From assembly GCA_951804945.1 (NCBI GenBank), contig OX638152.1, forward strand, positions 67,394,001-67,458,000: a DNA stretch of 64,000 nucleotides, given 5' to 3'. The notes below the pieces were generated by a model. It had not been told where the DNA came from. It searched no databases and was given only the letters and a program-made list of their open reading frames with translations. Of the stretch, positions 52,413 to 64,000 are shown in pieces (positions within the stretch are counted from its first letter, which is position 1; the number at the start of each line of letters is the position of its first letter). This stretch comes from Podarcis cretensis (taxonomy: Eukaryota). The position numbers and the translations under genes were made by a program.

Positions 52413-54116
52413 GAAAGCAGGCATACAGGGACGTCAAATCCTTGTATGTATTCCTGTGTGTAAATCACACCCCTAGTAGTTTCGGTAAGGGAGAAGAATA
52501 ATACAACCTATAAGACATCCTACAAGACAAGTTAAGACTAAGCTTGGCTATACCTGCTAAAGGAAAAGCCCCCACCCCCATCCCAAGCCTAGTTTTGCAA
52601 CCAGTGTGCCCTTTAAAGGAAAAACGTAATTAATCTAATCTGGCAGTGTGTAACAGAAAACTCAAGTCTGCATAGAAACATCTCTTAATAAATATTTTTG
52701 GACTTTTAACATTTTTTACATTTTCAAAAAAAATAGGGTGTCTATTTTTAAAATTGACAACACCGATTACCACCTCAGATAAATTCTCTTCTAATGCACA
52801 GTATCTACTTCATTTTATATGTTTCCATTTTGTATTAGCCTTCTAATATAGCAGTAGTGTATTACACTATATACATTAGCATAATGAACTTCAGAAGTGC
52901 ATACTTTACACAAAGTCAAATAACTTGCTCATGTATTACAGAGAACCAAGCTATTTCCTGTAGGAAAACAACAGCTTATTTATGATTCTGTGAAATCTTT
53001 ATTTGGGAATTAGTAAGAAAAGATGTCTCGTGAATTCTTTACATCTGGACATCAAGCAAAGTTAACATTATGCTTTAGCAACCATCATTTCAGTTACTAG
53101 TAACCAGTTTATTCTCCAGCAGTTTGCTCAAAAAATCAAGTTCCTAGTACTTTACATTTTAAACAAAGGCAATAGAAGTCAATTACTGACCCAAAGTTAG
53201 ATGCGTAGTCTCCTGCAACACTGCTAAATATAACATATTACCTTCCATTCAGTTCTGACCCCTTTACCCAGCTGTAGTGTTGTCTTGTCAGTCTAGGATG
53301 GCAGTCATATTTTGACTTCTGATTATTCACACTACAGTGTTCCTCCCACACCTTAATAAACATTTAACACTTATGAGTATAGCACTACTCAACCACACCC
53401 ACAGGCCAAGCCTGAATTTCTTGCTACACTTTGGTTCTACTTTTTAACCTATGCTTCACTCTAAAGTATATTATACATTTTAGCAATTAAATGAAGAGAT
53501 ACTTTTATCCTAAACAGAAGAACTGAACCGTTTTTCTTCTAAAACGCCCTATTATTCTTGGAGTGAAAAAATCCCAATAAAGTAAGTGAACCCTGAGCCA
53601 GTTGATGTGCCATTTATGTATATCTTGAGCGGTCATTGTTTTATCTGTCTAGTGACTAAAGTGAGGATAATTGAATCACTGAATTTTTGATTCGCCACAC
53701 CATATCATCACTCTAAACCTTCACCGCTTTTGATGTCCAGGTGCCAAGGTTCTGCTAAGATAAAAAAAGCTATAGACAAAGCCTGATAACACTTTCTAAG
53801 AGAACATATGGTATTAAGGGACTAATACCTAGATGTATTATGAACTTATATTTATAAATGAGCCAAAGGGATCAAAATACTAACATGACTTCCTATTACT
53901 TGTAGGAATATGGTTGGAAGTTTTCAATTTTTACCCCAGTACAGAAAGCAGCTCACAAATTATTTTTAAAATTCACTTCCGATTATCCAGTTAACATTTT
54001 CCAGCAACTTTTGTTGTTTCATTAACTTTTAAAACTTGCCTCACATGCCACTGGATGATTAACAGTACTTTCAAAGAACTGTTTTTACACCCGATTACAT
54101 ATCACCTGGAGTCCGT

Positions 54117-54160
<44 letters not shown>

Positions 54161-54162
54161 TC
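54117..54162. repeat. (TTTC)n microsatellite in SYAP1 3'UTR
   Basis: About 11 units read directly, ~90 nt past the stop codon. Confidence 0.9.
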
Positions 54163-54254
54163 ACAAAGAGCAATTTTATGCCTTAGAAAAGTCTCTGAAG
54201 CAAGTATAAAAATGGGTTCACATCAGTTTCCAAAAAAACATTTATGCAAAGTGG

Positions 54255-54382
54255 TTAATTTTCTCCTTGTAGCATTTCCTCTATTTCTTTGTCCCAGTTA
54301 TCATCTCGTTTTTCTGACTCTGCAACTACTTCATATTCCTGAAGTTCTTGTTGTAGTTCCCTTTCCCAGTCTGCAGTTTCTT
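54255..54382 (-). CDS. SYAP1: SYAP1 exon 9 (last coding exon, TAA stop)
   Basis: ttttag|AA GAA ACT GCA GAC TGG...GGA GAA AAT TAA; [39 protein letters not shown]. Confidence 0.95.
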
Positions 54383-55296
54383 CTAAAAACAAAACATACA
54401 TGTCACAGGACTGAATAAATATTGCACTATTTTAGTACTAATTTTGCTAATAAGGACTAGTCTATCCACACAACAAAATGTTTTGTACCAGTTCAAACTG
54501 CAAGTAAGGGGAAATCACAATTGTTTAAATACTTATCTACTTTGACAATTTACACTCTCTTCTCTTTGGCATTCACATTTCCAAGCTTTCTTAAGCATGA
54601 ACGTGTAGAAAACAAACCTGTACATCAAGAAATTACTGCTATATTTTTTACTAAAATGTCTTCCAAATGCTATGCATTTGGGAATTGCTGGTGTCCAAGA
54701 TTATCTAATCACATGCAAGGCATGCCAATTGAAAGAATACTCTGGAAGGGCCAGAGCTGAGCACATACAGAAATAAAACCCTTACTTGGAAGTAAGTTGT
54801 ATAAAAAAGCTGTTCCCAAATTAGTGACATCTAGATTTCCTTTTCAACACTGTTCTCTTCCTTGGGATATGCACTTCCTATAAACCTAGACATCCAAGTA
54901 CTCTAAATCTGCAAAACCAGTTTCCTGCACATACTGCTTCAGCCACAGTCCAGGAAATAAAGGATACTGCTGTTAACAATTATGGTAAGATAATTCAAGA
55001 CTTCAGAATGCAGGGAAGATGAGCAGTGTTAAGAACAGGACACATTTCTAGCTTTGCTTATTATAAACCACCCTGTGAGCTTTGGATAAAGGGTGGTATA
55101 GAAACTAAATAAATAAATAAATAAATAAAATAAGCAAATAAAGGCACAAATCTTACTATTTCAGATAGCCTATCCTCTTTGGGTAAGGGGATATTTCTAA
55201 AGCTATTTTTGATTCAAATATGGAATATATTTACAAATTTAATATACCCATAATGAGAGGGAGCAGAATTTGCAAAAAGTTGTTGTTGTTTTTTAC

Positions 55297-55441
55297 CTTC
55301 TACTATAGTTGTTTCCTTGCTCTTGTCAAGTACAAGTTGTTCAATCTCTTTCCTCAAATCTTCCCGATTCAAGCTGCATGCATCAAAAGCGTCACTCACA
55401 AATTCTGATACACCTGGGCTAGTTGAAATTTCTTCTTCCTC
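55297..55441 (-). CDS. SYAP1: SYAP1 exon 8
   Basis: tttaag|GAG GAA...GAA G|gtaaaa; [40 protein letters not shown]. Confidence 0.95.
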
Positions 55442-56490
55442 CTTAAATTGGAGATGAGAAAGGAAGGAAATCCTTAGTCACAGGAGATGGTGAAGGAATT
55501 TAAAAGTGTGTATATATATATATATATAAATAAATATCGTGGGCATTTCTCCTTAATGTTATGCACCATTTTCCTATAGTGAAAGGGAAAACAATGAGGT
55601 CACATGCACAGAATCTCTACACAGAACAAAGGCCTAATAGGAATTTGTAAAATAGCTTATCTTCATGAGAATCACCATGGCAGGTAGAAAGGATAGACAA
55701 AGTCATTTTGCCCTCATTTTCCTTCTGTATTACTTTCTTAGGAGATATGCAATGCAGCAGAAAGTCAGATGCGGAGAATCTCTGGCCCTCCACATGTTAC
55801 TAAGCTACAACTCCATCAGTTCCAGCAGACATTGTCAGGGATAGTGGGAGCGGTTGTTGGCATCCATCTGTCTCAAGAGACAATGGAGTGTGACTCTGGG
55901 GATGAAGTCAAACCATTAGTAGCACTGAAGTGACCTCCCCAGGGTGCAAGCCTGGGCAGTGTGCTTGAAGGTCCTGCAACATCTGGAGGGTCAAAGGTCC
56001 CTCATACCTGGTGCTGGCTAACATTACAAAAACAGGTACCTTTGTTTTCCAGCTGGAAAGTTCAGCACAGAGCTATGCCCTTGCACTATTCCTTTCCACT
56101 ATCCCATCCCACATCTGGCATTAATGGTATAAATAAAATACTTGAATCAACCATAGTAAAGTGCAAAGTTTCCCAAAGAGAGGAAGTGCTGTGATACAGG
56201 GTTGGGGAAGGGAAAATTGCACTTTAGCTGCTCAGCTAGAACTTGCCAATCATAGGCAATCACTTGATTAAAAGGGTGACCTCCTTCGCGCAGGATTCTG
56301 AAGGTCCTCAAACAGCCACCATTTTAAACCTTGTTTCAGCCAAATTCTTGATTCCTCCAGTACATTTGTTTAAGGGCTTTTTGTGAAGCAATTTTGGAGT
56401 TGGCCAAACTAACATGCACCTAAAAAACGTAAAGTATAAAAAACGGTTATGCTGTAAATACACATATTAATCTTAAATGGAGAATGTTAC

Positions 56491-56549
56491 CTCTTGAGGC
56501 TTTAGCTGAGATTTGATCGCTACGGGTGGTGTCTTTGGTCGTACAGTTT
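56491..56549 (-). CDS. SYAP1: SYAP1 exon 7
   Basis: tcctag|AA ACT...CAA GAG|gtaac; ETVRPKTPPVAIKSQLKPQE. Confidence 0.93.
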
Positions 56550-56742
56550 CTAGGAAAAAGACAGAAAGGATAGAATTTAGAAGAGCATTTAAAGCTCAAG
56601 TTGTGGCTGAGTGAACAGTGACTCAAACATAACAAGCCAAGTACAATACACTCACACACTTCCTCCCCTTCCTCTCTCTTTTCACACCAAGGATATTTAA
56701 AGCTTCTGGTTCTGATTGGTAACAAGCTGCAGCTTCCCTTTA

Positions 56743-57107
56743 AAGGTAAAGGTAAAGGTACCCCTGCCCGTACGGGCCAGTCTTGACAGACTCTGGGGTT
56801 GTGCGCCCATCTCACTTAAGAGGCCAGGGGCCAGCGCTGTCCGGAGACACTTCCGGGTCACGTGGCCAGCGTGACATCGCTGCTCTGGCCAGAGCCAGAG
56901 ACGCACACGGAAACGCCGTTTACCTTCCCGCTGGTAAGCGGTCCCTATTTATCTACTTGCACCCGGAGGTGCTTTCGAACTGCTAGGTTGGCAGGCGCTG
57001 GGACCGAGCAGCGGGAGCGCACCCCGCCGCAGGGATTCGAACCGCCGACCTTTTGATCGGCAAGCCCTAGGCGCTGAGGCTTTAACCCACAGCGCCACCT
57101 GCGTCCC
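56743..57107 (-). mobile_element. Full-length Sauria SINE with 14-bp TSD in SYAP1 intron 6
   Basis: Head GGGACGCAGGTGGCGCTGTGGGTTAAA; TSD GCAGCTTCCCTTTA at 56729-56742 and 57110-57123. Confidence 0.92.
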
Positions 57108-58007
57108 ACGCAGCTTCCCTTTATGAATAGGTAAAATTGTGGCTTGTACAAGCCATGTTATCCAGTTTGATTTTCTGGTTTGTTAACTATGGTTGAACAA
57201 AATGTAGTCTGAAGGTTTTTGGCCACAGTTTGCAATGTCTTTGCTTTCTTTTTTGTGGAGTGAAAGAGAAAGTGTGTGTGTGTGTACAAATTCTGTGCTT
57301 GCTGCAGCTTATATGCATATGCATGGCTTATTCACATGTCTGATTCCACAATTCTTGACTGGCCTTGATAGCTGAAATGGATTTTGTCGTTGCCAGGAGC
57401 TACCCATCTCCTTGTCCCTGGCCTTATACTGTGCTATAATGTGAGATTAGAGATAATACTCTGCTTCCACCTCAGGCTCCAAATTTGGAGCCTTGGTAGT
57501 TTGACCTTGTGCTTTCAAGGCACTCCTTGTGTTTCAGTGCAATGGCCAAACCGCTCTATCTTCCCCCTAGCCTTAGAGCTAAGGAAGGAACAATGATAAT
57601 CCGCACCCCCATGTTCAGCTCCTGAGGTAAAAGGCTAGGGCTTCATCCCCACCAAAAGGCAGCAGCACAAGCTTTCATGAAGAGCAAAACTTTCTACATG
57701 AAACTATTTTTAATTCTTAACAGAGAAAGTAATATAACTGAATATTGTGAAGAAATTGAACTATAGTCCTGAACTTGTGCTTATATTGTGGAAATATGTA
57801 TCTTAGATTTCTCTTCCTCAATAAGAATATCTGTGGAACTGTAACAGAACTATTTTGCTTGTTCTCAAATTTTTGAAGGCTAATAATTTATGAAACTTCT
57901 ACCATAAGAAATGTTTAAAAAGTGACGGAGGGAGAAAGTCTGGAATGTGCATTTGTCAGGCAGGTGAGAAAGGAGTCGCCACCCAACATAGTGAAACAAA
58001 TCTCTAC

Positions 58008-58150
58008 CTGCTAGCTGTCTGTCCTCTTGGCTGCCATTCTGTTCTTTCCTCACGGCTTGCTGTTGTGCAGCCAGTGCTGTAAGCTGTGCAGACTGCTTAA
58101 TCAGGGAGACACGGTAAAAGTAATTCCTCCAAAACACATCTTCTTTTACA
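58008..58150 (-). CDS. SYAP1: SYAP1 exon 6 (BSD domain FWxxYF motif)
   Basis: ctccag|T GTA AAA...GCA G|gtagag; [31 protein letters not shown]. Confidence 0.95.
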
Positions 58151-58848
58151 CTGGAGACAACAAAATATATGGTTTTGATAACTACGCTATATAAATATAA
58201 CATGAAACATGCATGCAAGGTGGGAGTTTACTGTATGCATAGTGGAGGGATGAGTGGAGCAGGAGAGTTGCTTCGGTTTCTTCCCTGCAAAGCAGTTCGG
58301 AAGAGCCGTAGGACCTTCCAGAACAGTATGAGAGATGGCATGGAAAAAGGGGGAATTGACAAAAATCACTCTTCCTACTTTTCCATTGGAAGCCTCTGCT
58401 GGATTGGAGTTTGCAGGTGGGCATATCTGGATCCAACCTGATGGCTACAAACCTACATGTATTTGGCCAGGAATAATTCCCATTGGACTAAATGGAACTT
58501 GCTTTTGAGTAGTTATGCATAAGGTTGTGCTATGAGCTTGCACTAAACTATTACTAGCTCTGACAAAGATAAAATAAAATTCCTCAGAGGTAGGCATAAC
58601 AGTATTTGGCAAGTTAGGTTTCCAAAAAAACAAACAAACAAAAGCCCCACTGAGAAATAATTTAATGTTCAGGTTTAGACTGTGACTTAAATTTCAGAAT
58701 AGAATACCATGAACTATTTATTGTCACATTTTAATGTACAAATGGAAACACAATATTAGTAAATATTGCAAGTTACACAAAGCTATTATTTTTACTCAGA
58801 CTTAAAAAATTGTTCAACAGCTTATGAAAATATAGGGAGATCACTCAC

Positions 58849-58988
58849 TGCTTTGGAACAAGATCAAATCTCATTCTGTTCAGAAGTTCATCTTCTTGGA
58901 GCATTACCAATGCCACTGGATACATCTGATCAAAGTCAAAATTAAATTGAACCCCAGCTGGTGGGTCACGCAGGAAGTTTCTTCGGTC
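58849..58988 (-). CDS. SYAP1: SYAP1 exon 5 (start of BSD domain)
   Basis: gcaaag|GAC CGA...AAG CA|gtgagt; [46 protein letters not shown]. Confidence 0.95.
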
Positions 58989-59285
58989 CTTTGCAAAAAA
59001 TAATAATAAATCTATCTGTCAATGGTGAAAAAGTTATGTTTCTGTTTCCAAAGAGCACTTGTCAATAATTACATTGAAAAGTAACTTATAGCATAAGCAG
59101 CTCTGCCAGATACATGGGGAAACATTTTTCAATAAAAGAAGTCTTTATATCATCAATTAACATGATCTCACTAAATCCCATCAACAGTTTTATTATTCAA
59201 CACATTGATGCCTCAAAAGTCCTGTTTTAGGTAGGCAAAAAGGAGGAGGAAGAACCTTAAACAGAAAGAACACAACACTACTTAC

Positions 59286-59359
59286 TGCTGATAATGCCAG
59301 TATTTGTTGCTGAATTGTTTCTTCTTCATTGCTGTCTACCCAAGGAGGCACAGCTGCTT
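59286..59359 (-). CDS. SYAP1: SYAP1 exon 4
   Basis: ttacag|AA GCA...GCA|gtaag; [25 protein letters not shown]. Confidence 0.95.
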
Positions 59360-59859
59360 CTGTAAGGAAAGGGGAGCATATGTATATTGCATTCAGTAGT
59401 AGAAGACATGTGAACTACAGGCATTTTTGATTGAAAAAGGCCTCTTGCCAAGATCTGTGTGATAAGTGTTCCCAACTAAATTTCATTTTAGCTGAGGGAA
59501 TTAGGATGCTTCAGGTGTCCCCTGGCAGTGTGTGTGCATGGGTCTGCTACCACAGAGATCTCTGCTGTGCTATCTGAAAGCATAGGGGAATGCATGCTAC
59601 TACTGCCAGTGTTCTCACTGGCAGAAAGAAATCACTGTTAAGGCTCCGAAATAGGACGCTGCAGTGGTAGGACAGGACCTGTGATGGACCCACTAGATCC
59701 AAAGCTGGTTCATTTCCAAAAGAAGGACCCAATCTAGATACCTGTGCTGTGCCGGCCTGCAACAAAACCCAAAACCTTTACACCCTGGCTAGATGCAGCA
59801 TGGATTCCATTGCCCTGTGTCTTCCCAGCCCTGGTTAAGATTAACCTGTTATACATTAC

Positions 59860-59926
59860 CTGATTTTTTTGTTTGCTGCTGTTGAACAAATTTTTTCTGC
59901 TCCTTCTGAAAATCTCCTATAATTGT
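59860..59926 (-). CDS. SYAP1: SYAP1 exon 3
   Basis: ttatag|ACA ATT...TCA G|gtaatg; TIIGDFQKEQKKFVQQQQTKKS. Confidence 0.95.
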
Positions 59927-61904
59927 CTATAAGAAAAAACAAAGTTATATATAGAACAACAATTAATTTGCCAGATTACTTGGGTTCTCACTGTTGCCAA
60001 CAACCTATTTACATGTAAAACTGGAATCTATTTGTATTGCCCAAAGTCAACCAAATTCCTATCTGTAACATGTATATATCAGATTCCAATAGTACACCCA
60101 AATACTTACACATTGTATAGTGATTTGAAACTGCCTTCAATACAAAGGTTTAGATCCAGACTATGCACAGATGTAACTCCATCCATGCAGCCCTCTTCTG
60201 GAGGAAGGTTGGGGAGGCTATTTTCATATATTTGCCCTGCTGCCACCTGGAAATCTCGTCCAAAGGACTGGAGTATGTCCTGGTACAGCAAGGGAGATGG
60301 CATAGAGGGCTGTAGGGGGAATTGGCAAAAGAGTCTCTACCCTTCTTTCTTCAGAAGGAACCTCCACTGGATCTTGATCTCTTGCTTTCATGAAAGGAGT
60401 TCTTCCATTCATGAAAGGTGGGTCTGGAGCCAACCTAAAGAACTTCAGGCTGAGTACTGGGATGCCTCCACATACCTTCCTCTCTTAACCTGTCAGACTC
60501 TGCCCCTTTTCTTCTACCAGCATAATTATTTGTTATGATATAGGCATGAGAGGAGAGAAATAACCAATAGTATCCCATAAACTTTTTTTATTAAAAAAAA
60601 CACCCTTAAAAAATGTGCAGAGTGTGTGCGCAAGCTGTGATTGAACCAACTGGGAATTTTCTGTTGTCTCTGACAAAAACTGCTAGAAGACCCAATGCAG
60701 TTCTTCTTCCAATCTTCTGAGCTAGCATAGGGACACCTACAGTGGTCAGTATGCAGGCTCATGTGTAACAGGTTTCAGAAACAAATAATAGTTTGAGGGC
60801 AGGTTTAACTGATTGCACAGAAGAGAAACATTATCAGATCTCTTTTGTTAATCTTTATATTTCTTTAAAATGTTTGCACAAAGAAACTTGCATAATGTCA
60901 ACTGTAGCTTTCAAATATAATACTCAAACCATTTATCTCTGTTTAATAAGCTGGGACACCTTTTGCTCTTTTACACAGTTCCTTCCTGGTGTGAGGAAAC
61001 CTACCAGTTTCCCATTTTGTCCACAGCAGGAAGCAATGGCTGCCACATTTTGAATAGGCCAGGATATTAAAACATAGCTTAATATGTTTAATTTTAAACA
61101 TAGTTTAATATCCTAAGTTTCTTGGAATCCTAGAAACTTCCTAGTTTGGATGAAATGAGAAGCTATAGTTGATTAGAGGCCTTCTGGTTTGATTGTTTGT
61201 GCTAAAAAGGAGCTGTGTCATTGGGAAAAGGTTCACTGACATTTTGGTTTAACAAGTCAATGATAGTCAGATCTGGGTCTGTCATGTCATATTTGCTGGA
61301 AATGACTACTCTTATTTCTAATAAAACATCATGGAGAACCTTAACTGCTACCGCTGTGTGTAGTTTTAAAAACACAACACATCAAAGGTTCTCATTCTAG
61401 ACTGGTGTTTCAAGATTTGGTGCCTGCAGACTGTACATTATAGTGTCAACAAGTTTCTAATTGCTTTCAGTCCCGCATACTACCTTTGATAAACACAAAC
61501 TGTGAAAAGGCAGCATAAATATCAAATATTGGCCTAATGCATAATATTTTTTGCAACACAAATTGATATATTTCTTGTAAACTGCTTACAATTGTTCCAG
61601 GATATTTCCTGTATGTGCTTGGTTTGCCTGAATTATATTACTGCATTATTAAGTATAAAAATTTAAACGAGTGGTACTGATTAATTAATGTGTTTAAAAT
61701 ATTCCTAAATTACCGGTAGCTCAATGAAGTTTTTATTAGCTACTGATCTGGCTTACATTTCAGTTTTTCTTCCTTGAGTACAGTGCTTGATGAAAACACT
61801 TTATTGGCACTAAAACCCATCATGTCAATAGCCTTAAATATAAGTAGAATATGCAAGATCAGATACCAAATTTATTAACAAATTATTTACAGCAGAAAAG
61901 TTAC

Positions 61905-62023
61905 CTTGTCAATTATATTTTCTATTTTTCCTTCTTCTACAGACTTCTTTATAGTTTGTGCCGTTTCAGCAACTGACTCAGATATCTTTTTTGTGGCAGT
62001 AGTGGCAAAACTGAAGAGATAAC
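61905..62023 (-). CDS. SYAP1: SYAP1 exon 2
   Basis: ccaaaag|GT TAT CTC...GAC AAG|gtaac; [39 protein letters not shown]. Confidence 0.95.
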
Positions 62024-63987
62024 CTTTTGGAAATAAGACAATTAACTTTTTCTTTATTACAAAGTCTTTAAGATATGCTGCATAATAACCTACTAGGGCC
62101 TTACAGAGTCAAGTTATTCACTTCTTCCAATTCCTAGAATGAATAAAGAACTGAACCAATTCTGTTGTCCAATGTGCAGGCCTTGAGGCATTTTTGGCAG
62201 CCCCCAGCAACAATTCACACCCCCACACACCCCCTTGCCTTGTGCTGCCTCACCAAAGCCAGGTGAGGGATGAGCTTTGGTAAGGTGGTGTGAGGGCTCT
62301 GACAGGGTACTAGAGCCCTCCCCTCTCCTTCCCAAAGCCTGGTACCTTGCTTTTGGTACCTTCTGACTTTGATCTTTCAAATTTCAGCAGTGCCCTCTGC
62401 AAGGCCAAAATTTGGCGCCCCCAGTCTTTAATTTTGCTCAGTTCACTACATCATAGTTGCAATACTCTGCAGTGCCCCCTAGGCTCAGTGCCAAATGCAG
62501 CTGAACTTGTCATGCTGCCCTAAATCCACCTTTGGCCTCACCCAGCTTTGGGAATGCAGCACGAGGGGTTTGGGGGGTGTCAATTTTTTTGCCTCCCTCC
62601 CCACGTGATAAGGCAATGTGTGGCCTGTGGATTCCGTTTCGAAGTACTCTTGCAGCCACTTGACATGAAAAGTTGGGCCACCCTGTCCTAGAAAATCACA
62701 TGATATTGATGCACAGGCCACATTAATTTCCCTCTACCTATTTTGTGTGTGTGTGTGTGTATGGCAGATGTGAGGAATTCTGGACTGAGCATTTTGCACA
62801 GTGGGAGAGAGCAATGTGTATTATGTAAAAATTTAAGGTAACAGTACCTTTTCCAAGATGCTGCATTTGAAGCTGCACTACAAGTACACAGCAATAGAAA
62901 AGGAATCCATTATGAAGACAATCTGTTTTGCAGACATAAAAAGCTAACATTTATCTGTATCACTGATAACGTAATGCCTTATTTTAGCTGGATTTGTTGT
63001 TACATTAGGAAAAATCTAACTACTCTGGAATTAGTGCTTTATTGCTTACTATCCATTCCTCAGTTGTAATTTAAAGTCAATTGTGGTAGTTTCTATTAAA
63101 TTCAAAGCAAATAATGACAATTTAGTAAAGCTCAAAATGTTGATAGAGAAATCTAGTTATGTTCAGAGAAGTCACATGCTACTTTTAATAAATCAAGCGG
63201 TATCATTATTGCAAATTGGAAAGGACCAACAGGGCTTGCATAAAGATACAGTACTGTTATTTCCCTTTAATAACACATCCAAAGACCATAATTTTGAAGT
63301 GTTCCTATTTTTAAAGAGTCATACCCCACGAAAACATTAGGCACAAAGCTGACATCCCAGTGTTTTTGTTAATGTCACTTATGTTCCGTTACAGTTCCAT
63401 ACATCTTAAAACTTATCTGTTTTAATGAAATATCCACGGCATGGCATTTCTTTAACCTTTTCTAGTGTCCCTGAAAGAGGTGAGTGATTTGCGTTTTTCC
63501 TGTGCTTAAAAGATGCAACTCTTTAGGAGATGCTGGGGTGCTCACTGAAGGAGAAGCAATAATTTCAAGGGGAAGTTTGCTCAGAAATAAGGCCCGCAGA
63601 AGTGGGTGAAGCTTACTCCCCGATTACTTGCACATACGACTACTTAGCTGCAACCCACAATCCATACTAACAGAAGCCGATGCAACTTCCACGGAGTTAA
63701 ACAGGCTACAGGCTGCTGCTTTGAAAGCCGCACTTAGGTTGGCAGTAATCCCTAGTGAGCACACTCCTGCGAAGCTCCACGCTGCGCAAGTGCACGTCCA
63801 GGGGGGCTTAACTCCAAGCAACTGCGAAGAGGGTACCTGAGCAGGTGGCTTGCTACATTAATAGGGCGGCTGTGGGGGTTTAGTTATATGAGCTGGGCCA
63901 GTTTGAAGGGATGCTTTGGGAGTCTGGACGGGAGGAAGAAAGGCCTTTGGGGAAAGGGCGTTAAAGGGGAGCAAGGGAGACACTCAC

Positions 63988-64000
63988 TGCCCAGCCCCTT
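63988..64000 (-). CDS. SYAP1: SYAP1 exon 1, 3' end (partial)
   Basis: AAG GGG CTG GGC A|gtgagtg (KGLG+S); phase 1 fits exon 2; corresponds to human AKDFGN. Confidence 0.8.

Larger units (their letters stand above)
54255..64000 (-). other. SYAP1: SYAP1 gene span (synapse-associated protein 1, BSD domain); 5' end runs off the window
   Basis: Nine phase-consistent GT-AG exons whose translation matches recalled human SYAP1 ([32 protein letters not shown]...[19 protein letters not shown]...[13 protein letters not shown]). Confidence 0.96.

Noticed and set aside
60032-60538. 168-aa + strand ORF and shorter - strand ORFs in SYAP1 intron 2
   Set aside because: No recognisable homology; the long ORF starts at TTG; no clear exon boundaries. 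A blastx search would be needed to revisit.

Overview
Vertebrate genomic DNA, almost certainly from a squamate and probably a lacertid lizard, judging by the Sauria/Squam SINEs, CR1, L2 and L1 fragments and the TA- and hAT-type MITEs. It is orthologous to the human Xp22.2 block. Three protein-coding genes lie on the minus strand. SYAP1 runs from the 3' end of exon 1 to the stop (9 exons, 64000->54255). TXLNG is complete (10 coding exons, 51579->32979, 539 aa). REPS2 is represented by coding exon 1 (22753->22517), and its intron 1 fills the left 22.5 kb. All exon boundaries were checked by hand for GT-AG and phase. Main points of interest: (1) no intact RBBP7 between TXLNG and REPS2, where it lies in human, with possible decayed remnants; (2) a second CpG-island promoter in TXLNG intron 1 with an in-frame micro first exon (MAEQ); (3) an inverted pair of ZNF143/THAP11-type motifs in the TXLNG promoter that resembles a local MITE core; (4) very tight SYAP1-TXLNG spacing; (5) a nested transposon composite that creates a CpG island in REPS2 intron 1; (6) two Sauria SINE insertions with a shared target motif. 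No evidence of a wholly new multi-gene system was seen.
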